Source of the DNA: Candidatus Dormiibacterota bacterium | GTDB lineage: Bacteria > Chloroflexota > Dormibacteria > Aeolococcales > Aeolococcaceae | Direction of reading: 5' to 3' | Assembly (NCBI GenBank): GCA_963709585.1 | Contig: CAVPXI010000008.1 | Span: forward strand, 32,001 to 96,000 | Length of the DNA stretch: 64,000 nt | Shown: positions 29,553 to 40,847 of the stretch, one piece after another | Layout of the letters: each line of letters opens with the position of its first letter | Numbering within the stretch: the first letter of the stretch is position 1 | Notes under the pieces: generated by a model | Seen by the model: only the letters and a program-made list of their open reading frames with translations | What the model was told of the DNA's origin: nothing | Databases searched by the model: none | Made by a program: the position numbers and the translations under genes

Positions 29553-32500
29553 CAAGGTGGGTCCCCGGGTGGCGTCACCCGCACGGTCCCGGTGTCGATG
29601 GTCAGGCGCGCGCGGCGCCGGTACACCTCGACGTAACGTGGCAGCGCTGCCCCGGTGGGGCGCCTGCCCGGTTGGATGTCGCACGACGCGGCTTTCGACT
29701 CCTGGATGTGCACGTTGGGATCGAGCGAGACCCCCATGACGTCGTTCGCCGAATCACCGCTGACGATCGCCCCGCCGCCGCCCACCCCCCAGTGGTACGG
29801 GAGGCCGATCTGGTGGATGGTGCGCCCGCCGACTGTGAGTGGGGTCATCCGCTCGGTGACCAGCACCCTCGCCTCGATCGCGGTTCGCGCCGTGACGATG
29901 GTTGCCCAGCCGAGGTGCTCGAGGCCGCGCTCGGTCGCAAGCTCTGGCGAGACTTCGCAGAAGAACTCCGGCTGCAACTCGGCGAGGTACGGCGACCAGC
30001 GGCTCATGCCACCTGCGGTGTGATGCTCGGTGAGCCGGTACGTGGTCACGATGTACGGAAACACGTCGGAGCCCGGCTCCGGTGGCGACGGGCTCGTGAG
30101 ATTCTCGTTGCGCGGAAACATGTCGCGCGTGGGGTTCGATTGCTGCGGATGCAACGCGTTGCGAAGCGGCGATTCGACCGGCTCGTAGTGCACCGGCAGC
30201 GGGCCGTCGAGCAGTCCGCTCGGGGCGTAGAGCCATGCCTTCCCGTCGCCCTGCATGATGAAGGGGTCGTCACCTGCGAGCCCGTCGGGCCCGCCGACGC
30301 CCGGCTCGGGACGAAACGAAGGCGCCTTGGTCGCCTGGAAGTCCGGCACGTCGTGCCCGGTCCATTTCCCCGCGGCCTCGTCCCACCAGACGTACGCTTT
30401 GCGTTCGCTCCAGGGCTTGCCTTCCGGGTCGGCCGACGCGCGGTTGTAGAGAATCCGCCGGTTCATCGGCCAGGCCCACCCCCAGTCGGGTGCGACCCAC
30501 GACTGCTCCGATCCCGGCTTCCGCCTCGCCGACCGGTTGACGCCGTCGCTGTAGACACCCGTGTAAATCCAGCAGCCACCCGATGTTGAACCATCCGCCT
30601 TCATCTCGATGAAGCTGCTGAGCATCTGCCCGGCCCTCTCTCCGCTGAGGTGGCGACCGTTGATCTCGCGCAACACCGCCTCAGCATCGGGCTCCTCGCC
30701 GGCGAGCAGCGGATAGTCCCACGCCAGCGTGCGCAGCGGCAGGTCGCGTTCGAGCGGTGACGTCTCAAGACGCTCCCGAAGCAGCCTGCCGAGGTGATAG
30801 AAGAAGTGGAGCTCGCTGCGACAGTCGCCCGACGGCTCGACTGCCTTGTGGTGCCACTGGAGCAGGCGTTGAGTCTGCGTGAAGGTGCCGTCCTTCTCCG
30901 TGTGCGCCGCGGCTGGGAGGAAGAACACCTCGGTGCCGATATCCTCAGTGCGCATCTCGCCGGTGGCGATCTCCGGACCGTCCTTCCAGAACGTGGCGGA
31001 CTCGATGAGATTGAAGTCCCGAACCACCAGCCACCTCAGGTGGGACATCGCGAGCCGCTGCAGCTTGCCGTTCGCGGACCCGACTGCGGGATTCTGCCCG
31101 AGCAGGAAGTAACCCTCGACCTTCCCGTCGAGCATGTCCACGATCGTCTGATAGTTGCTGTGGTCGCCACTGATGCGCGGCAGCCATTCGAAGCCGAAGT
31201 CGTTGTCCGGCGTGGCAGCGTCACCCCACCATGCTTTGAGCAGGCTGACGACATATGTGTCCGCTGCCGTCCAGAAGCCCTTCTGTCCGTCGCTTTTGAT
31301 CGACGCGAGGTACGCGTGGAGATCCGCGTGCACCCCCGCCTTCGGCATCGGGAGATACCCGGGGAGCAGATCAAAGAGCGTTGGAATGTCTGTCGATCCC
31401 TGGATGCTCGCGTGGCCGCGGAGCGCGAGGATGCCGCCGCCCGGACGCCCGATGTTGCCGAGCAGCAGCTGGATGATGGCCGCACCGCGGATGTACTGGA
31501 CCCCGACGGAGTGCTGTGTCCACCCCACCGAATACACCCACGCTGTCGTGCGTTCGCGACCACTGTTGGCGGTGACCGCCTCGCACACCGTCGCGAACTG
31601 CCCGGCTGGGACACCGCAGATGCGCTCGACCACCTCGGGGGTGTACCGCGCGTAGTGACGCTTGAGAATCTGAAAGACGCAGAAGGGATCCTGGAGGCTT
31701 TCATCGCGCCGGACCCCCCGTGGGGCAGGGCTGTGCCGCGGCCACCGAGCTCGTGGCCACCCCCGCCCGCGTGCGCCGCCGGCTGCCTGCCCGGCACCAC
31801 CCGCGAGCCCGCCGCCGCGGCCATCTCCATCCCCTCATATGCCCAGCTGGTGGTGTCATACGTCCCGGCCGTCGGGTCGAAGCCGGAGAAGAGGCCGCCG
31901 AGCTGGTCGGCGTCCTGGAAGTCCTCACTGACGATCGTGGCCGCGTTGGTGTAGCGCACGACGTACTCACGGAAATACTTCTCGGTGCTGAGGATGTAGT
32001 TGATGATTCCGCCAAGGAAGGCGATATCGCTGCCGGCGCGAACCGGCACGAACACGTCGGCCATCGCCGATGTCCTGGTGAAGCGCGGGTCGATGTGGAT
32101 GATCGTCGCGCCGCGCGCCTTGGCCTCCATGACCCACTGAAATCCAACCGGGTGACACTCGGCCATGTTCGAGCCCTGGATGACGATGCAGTCAGCGTTC
32201 TGCAGGTCCTGCTGGAAGGTCGTGGCTCCGCCCCGTCCGAACGATGTCCCCAGACTGGGGACGGTGGAGCTATGTCAAATACGGGCCTGGTTCTCGACCT
32301 GCACGACCCCGATCGCTGTGAAGAGTTTCTTGATCAGGTAGTTCTCTTCGTTGTCCAGGGTGGCGCCGCCGAGGCTTGCGATTCCGAGCGTGCGGTGCAC
32401 CGCGTCTCCGCGCGCGTCGGCGTCCTCCCAGGTTCGGGTGCGAGTGTCGATCAATCGGTCGGCGATCATCTCCATGGCACGCTCGAGCGGGAGGTCTTCC

Positions 32501-32844
32501 CAATCGGTGCCGTAGGGGCGCCGGTACTTGACCGTTGTCACCCGGCTCGGGCTGTTGACCAGCTGCTCGCTCGCCGATCCCTTCGGGCACAGACGGCCTC
32601 GCGATATCGGCGAGTCGGGATCGCCCTCGATCTGCACCACGCGCTCACCTTTCACGTAGACGCGCTGGCCGCAGCCGACCGCGCAGTACGGACAGATGCT
32701 CTTGACCATGCGGTCGGCGGTCCTGGTCCGGGGCGTGAGCGCTTCGGTGCGCGCCGAGCGAACCGCGGTCCCGCGTCCGAGCCGGTCCCCGCCGGTGAGT
32801 TGGCGAACCACCGGCCACGTACCAAGTCGACGGCGGATGCTCAC
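29552..32844 (-). CDS. Selenocysteine-containing formate dehydrogenase alpha subunit (FdnG/FdoG-like); Sec UGA at 32275-32277, one frameshift in C-run ~31715
   Basis: CPYCAVGCG, NQARI-UGA-HSSTV, LRGHASIQGSTD, TTYRLTEHH. Frames are continuous across the TGA; RBS GGAGG precedes GTG 32844. Confidence 0.93.
32246..32262 (-). promoter_or_regulatory. Bacterial SECIS hairpin
   Basis: GTCCCCA-GTC-TGGGGAC begins 12 nt after the in-frame UGA. Confidence 0.82.
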
Positions 32845-33011
32845 TCGATTACCTCCAGGCATGCTGCAACCGGCGAGGCGGACCGCCAAGGATGATAGTC
32901 CCCAGCGGCGGGGACGGACGAGCAGAATGACGAATTCTCCCGACGACCTCGCCGGCGCGATCAGGCGACTGGAGCGCACCACGTGCATCTTGTGAGGACT
33001 GGGAAATCTCG

Positions 33012-35282
33012 ATGACCGGCCAGGCGACCGTTCCCGCTGTGGCGGAGGCCGCGCCCTCCCCCCCGCGTGCCGCCCCCGAGAGGCGCGCCGACCCCCGCCG
33101 CGTGACCCTGCACCGCGCAACCCGGGCAGCGATCGTCAATCCCGCCGTCTTCGCGTTCAGCCTCCTGGTGATCCGCGATCTGCAGGTTGCCACCTTTGCC
33201 GCTTTCGGATGCTTCGGGTTGCTGGTGATGGCGGACTTCGGCGGTCCTCGGCGGACCCGAGCGCTCGCGTACGCCGCCGCGACCCTCGCCGGCGCTGCGC
33301 TGGTTGCGCTCGGAACCGTTGTCTCGTTCAGCGCCGTCATTGCCGCGATCGTCATGCTGGCGATCGGTTTCACGCTGTCCTTCGCGAGCGTCTTCGGTGG
33401 GTACGTCGCGGCTGCGCAGACGGCGCTCCTGCTCGTGTTCGTGCTCTCGGCCTCGGTAGTCGCTCCCGCCTCCGCAATCCCGACCCGTCTAGCTGGATGG
33501 CTGCTCGCCGGGGTGGTCTCGACCCTCGCCGGGGTGGTCTTCTGGCCGTGGTTTGAGCATGCCTCGCTGCGCAAACGGGCCGCCGAAGCCTGCGACGCCT
33601 TGGCAGACCTCGTCGCGGCGATGCGACGTGGTCCCGCGAACGAGCAGGTCGCAGCGTACGCTCGGGCGGCGCGCACGGCCGTGTCGGCGGTCCGTAGGGA
33701 GTACGCGCACACCGGCATGCGACCCGCGGGTCCCACCCTCCGCGATCGTGCATTCGTCGAGCTCGTGGCTCAGAGCGAGCAGGTCGTCGATCTCATCGAG
33801 CGACCGTTCCACGAACTGCGTCCGTCGCTGCGGCCCTGCATCCAGGAGGGGGACCTGCTTGCCGAGGCGGTGATCGCCGCGTTGCGTAGGAGTGCCGAGG
33901 TCCTCACGGGCGGATCTCCACCGCCCGTGCGCGACCTCGAGGTGGCGCGGCGCGCACATCGCGCCGCACTCGACCGCTGGGCTGCCGATGAGCTGCGAAC
34001 CGGACGTGCGCCGGACGACGTGCTCGACGGCCTCGACGTCGATCACACGCTTCGGGTGATCGCATACCTGACCATCGGACTGAGCACGAATGCGGTCATC
34101 GCGGCTGGAGGGAGACCGGAAGGCGGCGTGTCGTTGCCGGCCGGAACCTCACGACAGGAAGGCGCCCGCGGCGTCGCGCTGCGAACTGCGCGGACGCTGC
34201 GCACCCACCTGGAGCCGAGCTCGACGATCCTCCACAGCAGCGCACGCGTGGCCGTTGGGCTGGCGATCTCAGTGCTGCTTGCACGGACCCTCGGTCTCGG
34301 CCACGCGTTCTGGGTGGTGCTGGGCACGCTCTCCGTGCTTCGTTCGAACGCCCTGGCAACGGGGCGGACCACGGTGCAGGCGCTGGCAGGCAGCGTCATC
34401 GGGTTTGCCGCCGGCGGTCTCTTCGCAAGTCTTGCCGGCAATGATCCGGTCCTCATGTGGGTTGCGATGCCGATTGCGATCTTCCTCGCGTCGTACGCTG
34501 CCAGCGCCATCGGGTTCGTGGCCGGCCAGGCGGCCTTCACCGTGACGGTGATCATCATCTTCAACCTGATCACGCCGGTCGGATGGCAGGTGGGCCTGGT
34601 GCGCATCGAGGACGTGGCGGTCGGCACCGGCGTCAGCATCGTTGTCGGAGTCCTGCTCTGGCCGCGAGGCGCGCGGCGCGACCTCGCCCGAGCGACCGCC
34701 GGCTTCTATCGCGCCGTTCGCGCCTACGTCGCCCAGGCGTTCGGCCTGGTGCTCGGCATGGACAGCACCGCCGACGTCGCCCGGATCCGCGCCGACGCGG
34801 TGCGAGCACGGGACCGCGCGGGCGAAGCATTCGACGTCTTCCTCAACGAACGCGGCGCCAAGCCTCTCGGTACCGATGTGGCGGCTCGCCTCGTCGCTGC
34901 GGGAAACCAGGCGTTGCTGGCCGGCGACCTGCTCGTGGTGGTCGCGACCGACCTCGGCTACCGGGCCACTTCCTGCCCCGACGGTGCCGCGACAGTCGAC
35001 GCGCAGGTGCGCACGCTGCTGGCTGGGGTCGATCATCTCGCCGATGAACTGACCGGGGTGCGCAACGCTCGCGCCGGCCCCGAGCATCCATCGCTCGAGG
35101 CACTGCGTTCCGCCGCGGTGAAGTGCATGCGTCGGGCAGGGAGCGATCAGCGGGCCGTCCGCGGCGCGATCGCGCTCGTGATCGCGGGCGAATGGGTGCA
35201 GAACCTGGCGCGCATGGAAGAGGGTCTCGAGCAGCCTGTCGAGGCGGCCGTGGCAACTGCGCGAATGCGGTGGTGGCGCTGA
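33012..35282 (+). CDS. FUSC family membrane protein
   Basis: Two TM blocks; HAFWVVLGTLSVLR and RIEDVAVG motifs. Confidence 0.85.
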   Translation: MTGQATVPAVAEAAPSPPRAAPERRADPRRVTLHRATRAAIVNPAVFAFSLLVIRDLQVATFAAFGCFGLLVMADFGGPRRTRALAYAAATLAGAALVALGTVVSFSAVIAAIVMLAIGFTLSFASVFGGYVAAAQTALLLVFVLSASVVAPASAIPTRLAGWLLAGVVSTLAGVVFWPWFEHASLRKRAAEACDALADLVAAMRRGPANEQVAAYARAARTAVSAVRREYAHTGMRPAGPTLRDRAFVELVAQSEQVVDLIERPFHELRPSLRPCIQEGDLLAEAVIAALRRSAEVLTGGSPPPVRDLEVARRAHRAALDRWAADELRTGRAPDDVLDGLDVDHTLRVIAYLTIGLSTNAVIAAGGRPEGGVSLPAGTSRQEGARGVALRTARTLRTHLEPSSTILHSSARVAVGLAISVLLARTLGLGHAFWVVLGTLSVLRSNALATGRTTVQALAGSVIGFAAGGLFASLAGNDPVLMWVAMPIAIFLASYAASAIGFVAGQAAFTVTVIIIFNLITPVGWQVGLVRIEDVAVGTGVSIVVGVLLWPRGARRDLARATAGFYRAVRAYVAQAFGLVLGMDSTADVARIRADAVRARDRAGEAFDVFLNERGAKPLGTDVAARLVAAGNQALLAGDLLVVVATDLGYRATSCPDGAATVDAQVRTLLAGVDHLADELTGVRNARAGPEHPSLEALRSAAVKCMRRAGSDQRAVRGAIALVIAGEWVQNLARMEEGLEQPVEAAVATARMRWWR

Positions 35283-35322
35283 TGACCGCCGCGATTGCAA
35301 CCGAACCAGACGGCGGAGGTGG

Positions 35323-36186
35323 ATGATGACGACGGTCGCGGTCCTCGGTATCGGCAAGATGGGCGGCGCGATGGCGCGCCGTCTCGCCGCCTCCGGCTTT
35401 GACCTGACGCTGTGGAATCGCACGCCCAGCAGGGCGCAGGAACTGGGCATCGGTCGCGTCGCGGCCACACCGGCGGATGCTGCGCGCGATGCCGAGGTTG
35501 TGCTCAGCAGCCTGACCAACGAAGCCGCTGTCCGCGATGTCTACCTGGGCGACGACGGAGTGCTCCGGACCGCGGCGGGCAAGCTGATCATCGACGCGAG
35601 CACCGCGGGGCCGCGCGTGGCCGAAGAACTGGGCCGCGAAGCGCAGGCAAAGGGAGCGCGGTTTCTCGAAGCGCCGGTGGTCGGGAGCGTGCCCGCAGTG
35701 GAGAGCGGCAAGCTGCTCATCCTTGTGGCGGGCGATCGCACCGTCGTCGAGCAGGCGCGACCGGTGCTCGAACAGCTCGGCCAGATCACCTACGCCGGTG
35801 CGTGGGGCAATGCGCAGCGGTTGAAGCTGATCGCCAACAGCATGTTGGGCATCACCAGCGCTGCCGCCGCCGAGCTGCTCGCTGCCGGGGCGGCCGCGGG
35901 GCTCGATGGCGGACAGGTTTTCTCGATCCTGACTCGGTTTGCGCCGGGGCTGGCCGCGCGCGAGCGCGGCTTCCTCCACGACCAGCACAGCCCGACGATG
36001 TTCGCGGTGCGCGACCTGGTCAAGGACCTCGACCTTTCGCTCGAGACGTACAGCGGTGCGGGTAGCCGGATGCCGCTCACGCGCCAGGCGCGCGAACTGT
36101 TCGCGGCGACCATGCAACAGTCGCCGGACCTCGATATCTCAGCCATCGTCGGGTTAGGTGATGCCGTCGAGTTGCCGCCACGTTGA
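35323..36186 (+). CDS. NAD(P)-dependent beta-hydroxyacid dehydrogenase
   Basis: GIGKMG, WNRT, EAPVVG, KLIAN, KDL. Confidence 0.9.
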   Translation: MMTTVAVLGIGKMGGAMARRLAASGFDLTLWNRTPSRAQELGIGRVAATPADAARDAEVVLSSLTNEAAVRDVYLGDDGVLRTAAGKLIIDASTAGPRVAEELGREAQAKGARFLEAPVVGSVPAVESGKLLILVAGDRTVVEQARPVLEQLGQITYAGAWGNAQRLKLIANSMLGITSAAAAELLAAGAAAGLDGGQVFSILTRFAPGLAARERGFLHDQHSPTMFAVRDLVKDLDLSLETYSGAGSRMPLTRQARELFAATMQQSPDLDISAIVGLGDAVELPPR

Positions 36187-37168
36187 CCCGGTCAGCGCCC
36201 AGATGTGAAGTGGACTCGCGCTCTGCGCCCGCGAGCCGACCACAACGAGTTGGCGGCGATCAAGGTCAGCAATCTCGATCGCCGGTGTGACTGGAGAGGG
36301 CGCCACCTCGAGTGATGCCCAGGCCGTACCGGTCCACATCCACAACTTCGGCTCAGACGTGAACACACCGTTACAGCTGCACAGTACGAGTCGACCGAGC
36401 GCAGGATCGAGCGCCAGACTCGATCCGACCGCCGGGGGGTTGGGAGCGAGCACGATTTGACGCCAAACGCCCTTGTCCAGGCGCCATGTCGTGTCCACCG
36501 TGCCGCCGTCGGACGATGGTGCTTGACAGCATCCGACCGCCAGGAGCGATCGAGTCACCGGGTCGAATGCCATACCACTGACGAAGGCTGCGTTCGGAAA
36601 GTAGCTGCTCATCTGGTTGACCCATCGAGACCCACGCCAGATCCAGTTGCCGGCTCCCCCTTCACTGGCGGCGGTGACGAGCACCATCTCCTTCTTGGCT
36701 TCGTCCCAGGCCATCGCAGAACCTTCCCCGGGCGGCGGACCGCCGGAGCCGCCGGCGAGCTTGCGCCACGTGATCCCGTTCCACGCCCACGTGTCGTTGG
36801 CTGCATCGCCTGAACTCGAGCCGTCCACCGAAGAGCAACACCTGCGCGGTCTGAGGATCAAAGGCGGCAGACGCACCGACCCGACCCAGCGGGCTCGCCG
36901 AGGGGTGGGTGAGCAGCCACCTCGTGCCGTTCCAGAGCCAGGTGTTGTCGTAGTTGTCCACGCCACCAAAGAGGACGACCGCGTGCATGGGCGGATCGTC
37001 CACCGCTGAAAACCCGAGGGCGGTCAGCGGTTGCGCTGGGGCTGCGGTCGGGGTCACTCCGGGAACAGTCGGCGGCGCCGTGGGGCGCTGAGCCAGCGAG
37101 AGAGCGCCGCCTGCAATCGCTGTGACGGCAATCACACTCGCGAGCACAAGCGCGGACCGATGCTGCAA
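36154..37168 (-). CDS. Secreted kelch-like beta-propeller protein (one frameshift ~36815)
   Basis: Signal/TM, then repeated VLFGG...DTW.W.G..W units split across two frames. Confidence 0.7.
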
Positions 37169-37329
37169 TCGTCACCTCCGCCAGACTGGCTCTCTGAGTT
37201 TGGCGGACCGAATTGTCCTATTTACTCATGGAGCCGAACGTGCTTCAGAGCCTTGCTAGAGCCACACCCGCCGGTCGGTAGCGCTGCCCGACGGTACCCG
37301 AAAACCGCCTTCGGCCGTCTATAGGATGC

Positions 37330-37835
37330 ATGCCTCATCCGAACCGCATCAGCTCCGACGGCAAGGGAGCGCGCGAGGTCAGCGAGTTCTTTGATCGGTA
37401 TGCACGCGAGTTAGCCGCTGCGGTGGCGCTTGCGACCGGCGACATTGCCGCAGCCGAAGACGCCATCCAGGAAGCGATCGCCAGCGCATATTCTGATTGG
37501 GATCGGGTGTCCCGAATGGGCCGCCCAGGCATCTGGGTCCTTCGCGTGGCGCAGCGCAAGGCGATCGACGGATGGCGCAAGCGGCACCGAGAGTACGCCC
37601 TTGACGACGAATCCACACGCGCTTCCGTGCCCGACGTTGTGCAGCGTCTCTGGGTCAGGTGGGGCCTCGAACGTCTGACACCGGAGGACCGAATGCTGGT
37701 CATCCTCCGGCACCGCGACAGCCTGAGCGTCGACGAGATTGCCGTCGCCGTGGGAAACCAACGAATACGGTGGCGGTTGCGCTGAAGAGGGCTCGCCGAC
37801 GCTTGCGCAATTTGCTAAGGGAGGCCGATCAGTGA
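37330..37835 (+). CDS. ECF sigma-70 factor (frameshift in A-run ~37755)
   Basis: AEDAIQEA, W.LRVA.RKAID, LSVDEIA. The alternate frame gives NTVAVALKRARRRL, ending in a GTGA overlap. Confidence 0.78.
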
Positions 37836-38701
37836 ATCGCATGGAACAGGACCTTCACGACCTCGGAGCCATTCTCTGGCCGGACGGCGTATCCCTCCGG
37901 CCGAAGTTGCGAGGTACGAAGGAAGGATCATCGCCAGCACCGTCCCGCTTCATTGTGGCCGCCATCGGGACAGCAACCCTCCTCGTCGTTTTCGGCATCA
38001 TTGGGCTGGGTCTCGTGGTCCTGCACAGACAAACGCCGCCTTCAAGTGTCGCGTCAGTGCCGCCAGTCGCGACGGCATCGGCGGGGCCTACCGTAACTCG
38101 CGTCGAAATGTCGGTTCCGGGGAATCCGCTTACATTTGAGGTCGCCAACGGCACGATCATCGCGATGCACCTCCACAGCACGACAAACGCGCCTGGGAGC
38201 ACGTGGGCGGTGGGCACGACGGGGCCCGGGGTCGACTTCCAGCCTGTCAAAGTTACTTACCCGGGAACACATCCGGCGTCATCGGCCGTCGACTTCTATG
38301 TCGCGTTCCGCATTCCCGACATAGGAGTGACACACATCGACATCGGGATTCCGGTCACCTGCCCGAAGGCGTTGTCCTGCCCTGACCTGTTTCAGACGTT
38401 CAATATTCGTTCGGTCGCCCCGCCGATGCACACGGGAACGGTGACTGGAGAACTCACGCTGGAATGCATGCCAGCCAACTGTGTCGCACCAGCCAGGAAT
38501 GCGTTGATCAGCTTCCGGAATACGCTGGGTCAAACCATCAGCACCAAGACCGATGCTGCGGGCGACTACTTCGCGGAGTTGCCCCCGGGGATCTGGCAAC
38601 TGGGAACACCGCTAGCGCCCACGCCCGGTTCAACGATCCGGTTCACGATCAGGGCAGCGGGCGACATCGTAATCGAGGACGTCCAACTCCCCCGGCTGTG
38701 A
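37832..38701 (+). CDS. Putative anti-sigma / single-pass membrane protein with carboxypeptidase-regulatory-like C-terminus
   Basis: Coupled to the ECF gene; one TM helix; TKTDAAGDY...LPPG.W motif. Confidence 0.55.
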   Translation: MNRMEQDLHDLGAILWPDGVSLRPKLRGTKEGSSPAPSRFIVAAIGTATLLVVFGIIGLGLVVLHRQTPPSSVASVPPVATASAGPTVTRVEMSVPGNPLTFEVANGTIIAMHLHSTTNAPGSTWAVGTTGPGVDFQPVKVTYPGTHPASSAVDFYVAFRIPDIGVTHIDIGIPVTCPKALSCPDLFQTFNIRSVAPPMHTGTVTGELTLECMPANCVAPARNALISFRNTLGQTISTKTDAAGDYFAELPPGIWQLGTPLAPTPGSTIRFTIRAAGDIVIEDVQLPRL

Positions 38702-39011
38702 TAAGCCCCGTGCTCGCCAGATCCGCGCGTTGGTCCTCTGCCAAAGCCGCAGCCGGTGGCGTTCGCGCAGCCTGCCACGAAGGCAACATGACCACGGCCG
38801 CCTTGTTGGCTGGAAGGAATGAGCATTCTCGGAAGCATCAGGGGTCAGACGGGTACCCCGCTATCGAGACGGGAGTGCACCGATCGCCCTCCTGGGTGAG
38901 GCGGGCCTTTCCTGGCGCAGAGCAGCAGGGCACAAGATTTCGTTACATCGGGGCGCACATGCGTCAAACCGGCAGCACCAATGGCCGCGCTGTTGCTCGT
39001 AGCGTATTCCC

Positions 39012-40058
39012 ATGCGGGTTTCGAACCGATGGCCGGCGCTCGACGGCTTGCGGGCGGTCGCGGTCTGTGCGGTCATACTCACACACACGTGGGTCTCGCA
39101 ATTCCCGGGAGGCTGGATCGGGGTCGATGTCTTCTTCGTGCTCTCCGGCTTTCTCATAACCGGTGTGCTCCTTCGCGAGGACGGAGAGACGGGGACCATC
39201 TCGCTTCTTCGTTTCTATCGGCGACGCGCAGTACGACTGCTCCCCGCCGTTTTGGTCATGCTGCCGATCGTCGTCGTTGCGGCATACGTATTTCGCCCAG
39301 GTCTCGCGTCAGCAACCCTGCGCATGGCCATCTTCACTGTGGTGTACAGCGCCAACTGGTTTGCTGCCTCTCACCAGCCCACGGGGCTCCTGAGCCACAC
39401 GTGGTCGCTCTCCGTGGAGGAGCAGTTTTATCTGGTCTGGCCCGTGCTTTTGATATTGATGCTCCGCTGGCGCAGCGCTCGTCTCGCGCTGGTCTTGACC
39501 ATTGTCTGCATCGTCGCCGTGGTCATCCATCGAACGATGGCCGCGCAGGCCGTGAACCCACACGACGCGCAGCTCTTTTGGCGCACCGACACTCGGGTGG
39601 ATTCGATTTTGGTTGGGTGCGCACTCTGCTTGGCATCGTCGCTTGGCTACAAGGGATCCGAACGGTTGTGGCGCACCGCCGCTCTGATTGGCGCGGCGTA
39701 CATGGCCGCGCTCCTTCCGACCGCGTACAACACCGGAGGCTGGAATTACACCGTCGGTTATACGGTACTCGCGTTGGCCGCAGCAAGCGTCGTCGGAGCG
39801 GTGGCCGTGCATCCCTGGCCACCACTTGTACGCGTGCTCTCGTGGACTCCACTTGTGCGGATAGGCAAGATATCGTACGCCGTCTATCTCTGGCACTTCC
39901 CGATCGCGGTTTTGCTGCCTCTCGGTCAGGGCCCGGTGCTGGCGCTGGCGACCTTCGCGCTGAGCGTCCTGGTTGCCGAAGTGTCGTGGCGAGTTGTGGA
40001 GCGCCCCGCACAGCGATGGCGCTCTCCACGCAACGCGCTCCGACCCGTGGCGGCGTGA
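39012..40058 (+). CDS. Acyltransferase family 3 (OafA-like)
   Basis: LDGLRAVAV, GVDVFFVLSGFLIT, HTWSLSVEEQFY, GKISYAVYLWH. Confidence 0.93.
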   Translation: MRVSNRWPALDGLRAVAVCAVILTHTWVSQFPGGWIGVDVFFVLSGFLITGVLLREDGETGTISLLRFYRRRAVRLLPAVLVMLPIVVVAAYVFRPGLASATLRMAIFTVVYSANWFAASHQPTGLLSHTWSLSVEEQFYLVWPVLLILMLRWRSARLALVLTIVCIVAVVIHRTMAAQAVNPHDAQLFWRTDTRVDSILVGCALCLASSLGYKGSERLWRTAALIGAAYMAALLPTAYNTGGWNYTVGYTVLALAAASVVGAVAVHPWPPLVRVLSWTPLVRIGKISYAVYLWHFPIAVLLPLGQGPVLALATFALSVLVAEVSWRVVERPAQRWRSPRNALRPVAA

Positions 40059-40195
40059 GTTGATGGCGTACAGGCTAACGTTGCATCGCTGTCACAGCCC
40101 AACCTCGGAACAGCGAGCAGAGTACACGCGTGATCTACGTTGGAGCCGAGTTCGGATGCCCGGGGTGATCGAAGTCGTTCAACTATGGACGGCGC

Positions 40196-40831
40196 TTGCT
40201 CTCCGAGCGGGGATCCGCTTCGACCGTACTCAGGGCTCCCGCGTTGGCTGATACCGCCGCAGTCCACCCGACCGCCGACGTCGAGAACGGCGCGCGTGTG
40301 GGCAAGCGGACCCGCATCTGGGCACGATCACATCTCCGTCGCGGCGCCTCCGTCGGTGACGATTGCATCATCGGCGAAAACGTGCTGATCGATCTCGATG
40401 TGCAGGTGGGCAGTCGCTGCAAGATACAGAACAACGCGCTCTTGTACCACGGAGCCGTGCTCGGCGATGAGGTATTCGTGGGTCCGGGCGCGTGCCTAAC
40501 CAACGACCGCTACCCTCGAGCATCGACGTCTGATGGATCGCTCAAGGCCGACACCGACTGGGTGGTCTCGGGTGTGGTGGTGGAGCGAGGGGCCACGATT
40601 GGAGCGCATGCGGTGGTGGTCGGCGGAGTCCACATCGGCGGCTGGTCGATGATTGGTTCCGGTGCCGTGGTCACGCACGACGTACCTGCCCACGGAATCG
40701 TGGTTGGAAACCCGGCTCGCCGGATCGGCTGGGCCTGCCGGTGCGGCCATCCTCTCGACGCAATGCTTATCTGTGCCGAATGCAGTCGTATCCACGCACT
40801 TCGCGATGGTGAGCTCGTCGAGCTGAGCTAG
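40196..40831 (+). CDS. Hexapeptide-repeat N-acetyltransferase (WbpD/WxcM-like)
   Basis: VHPTADVE, KIQNN, TND.YPR, VVGNPAR.IGW.C.CG; its stop codon overlaps the IS110 core. Confidence 0.88.
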   Translation: MLSERGSASTVLRAPALADTAAVHPTADVENGARVGKRTRIWARSHLRRGASVGDDCIIGENVLIDLDVQVGSRCKIQNNALLYHGAVLGDEVFVGPGACLTNDRYPRASTSDGSLKADTDWVVSGVVVERGATIGAHAVVVGGVHIGGWSMIGSGAVVTHDVPAHGIVVGNPARRIGWACRCGHPLDAMLICAECSRIHALRDGELVELS

Positions 40832-40847
40832 ATCCCATAAGTTGTTG

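Noticed and set aside
32275-32277. Nonsense mutation splitting the formate dehydrogenase
   Set aside because: The UGA is at the conserved Sec/Cys ligand position, is followed by a SECIS hairpin, and selABCD are adjacent.
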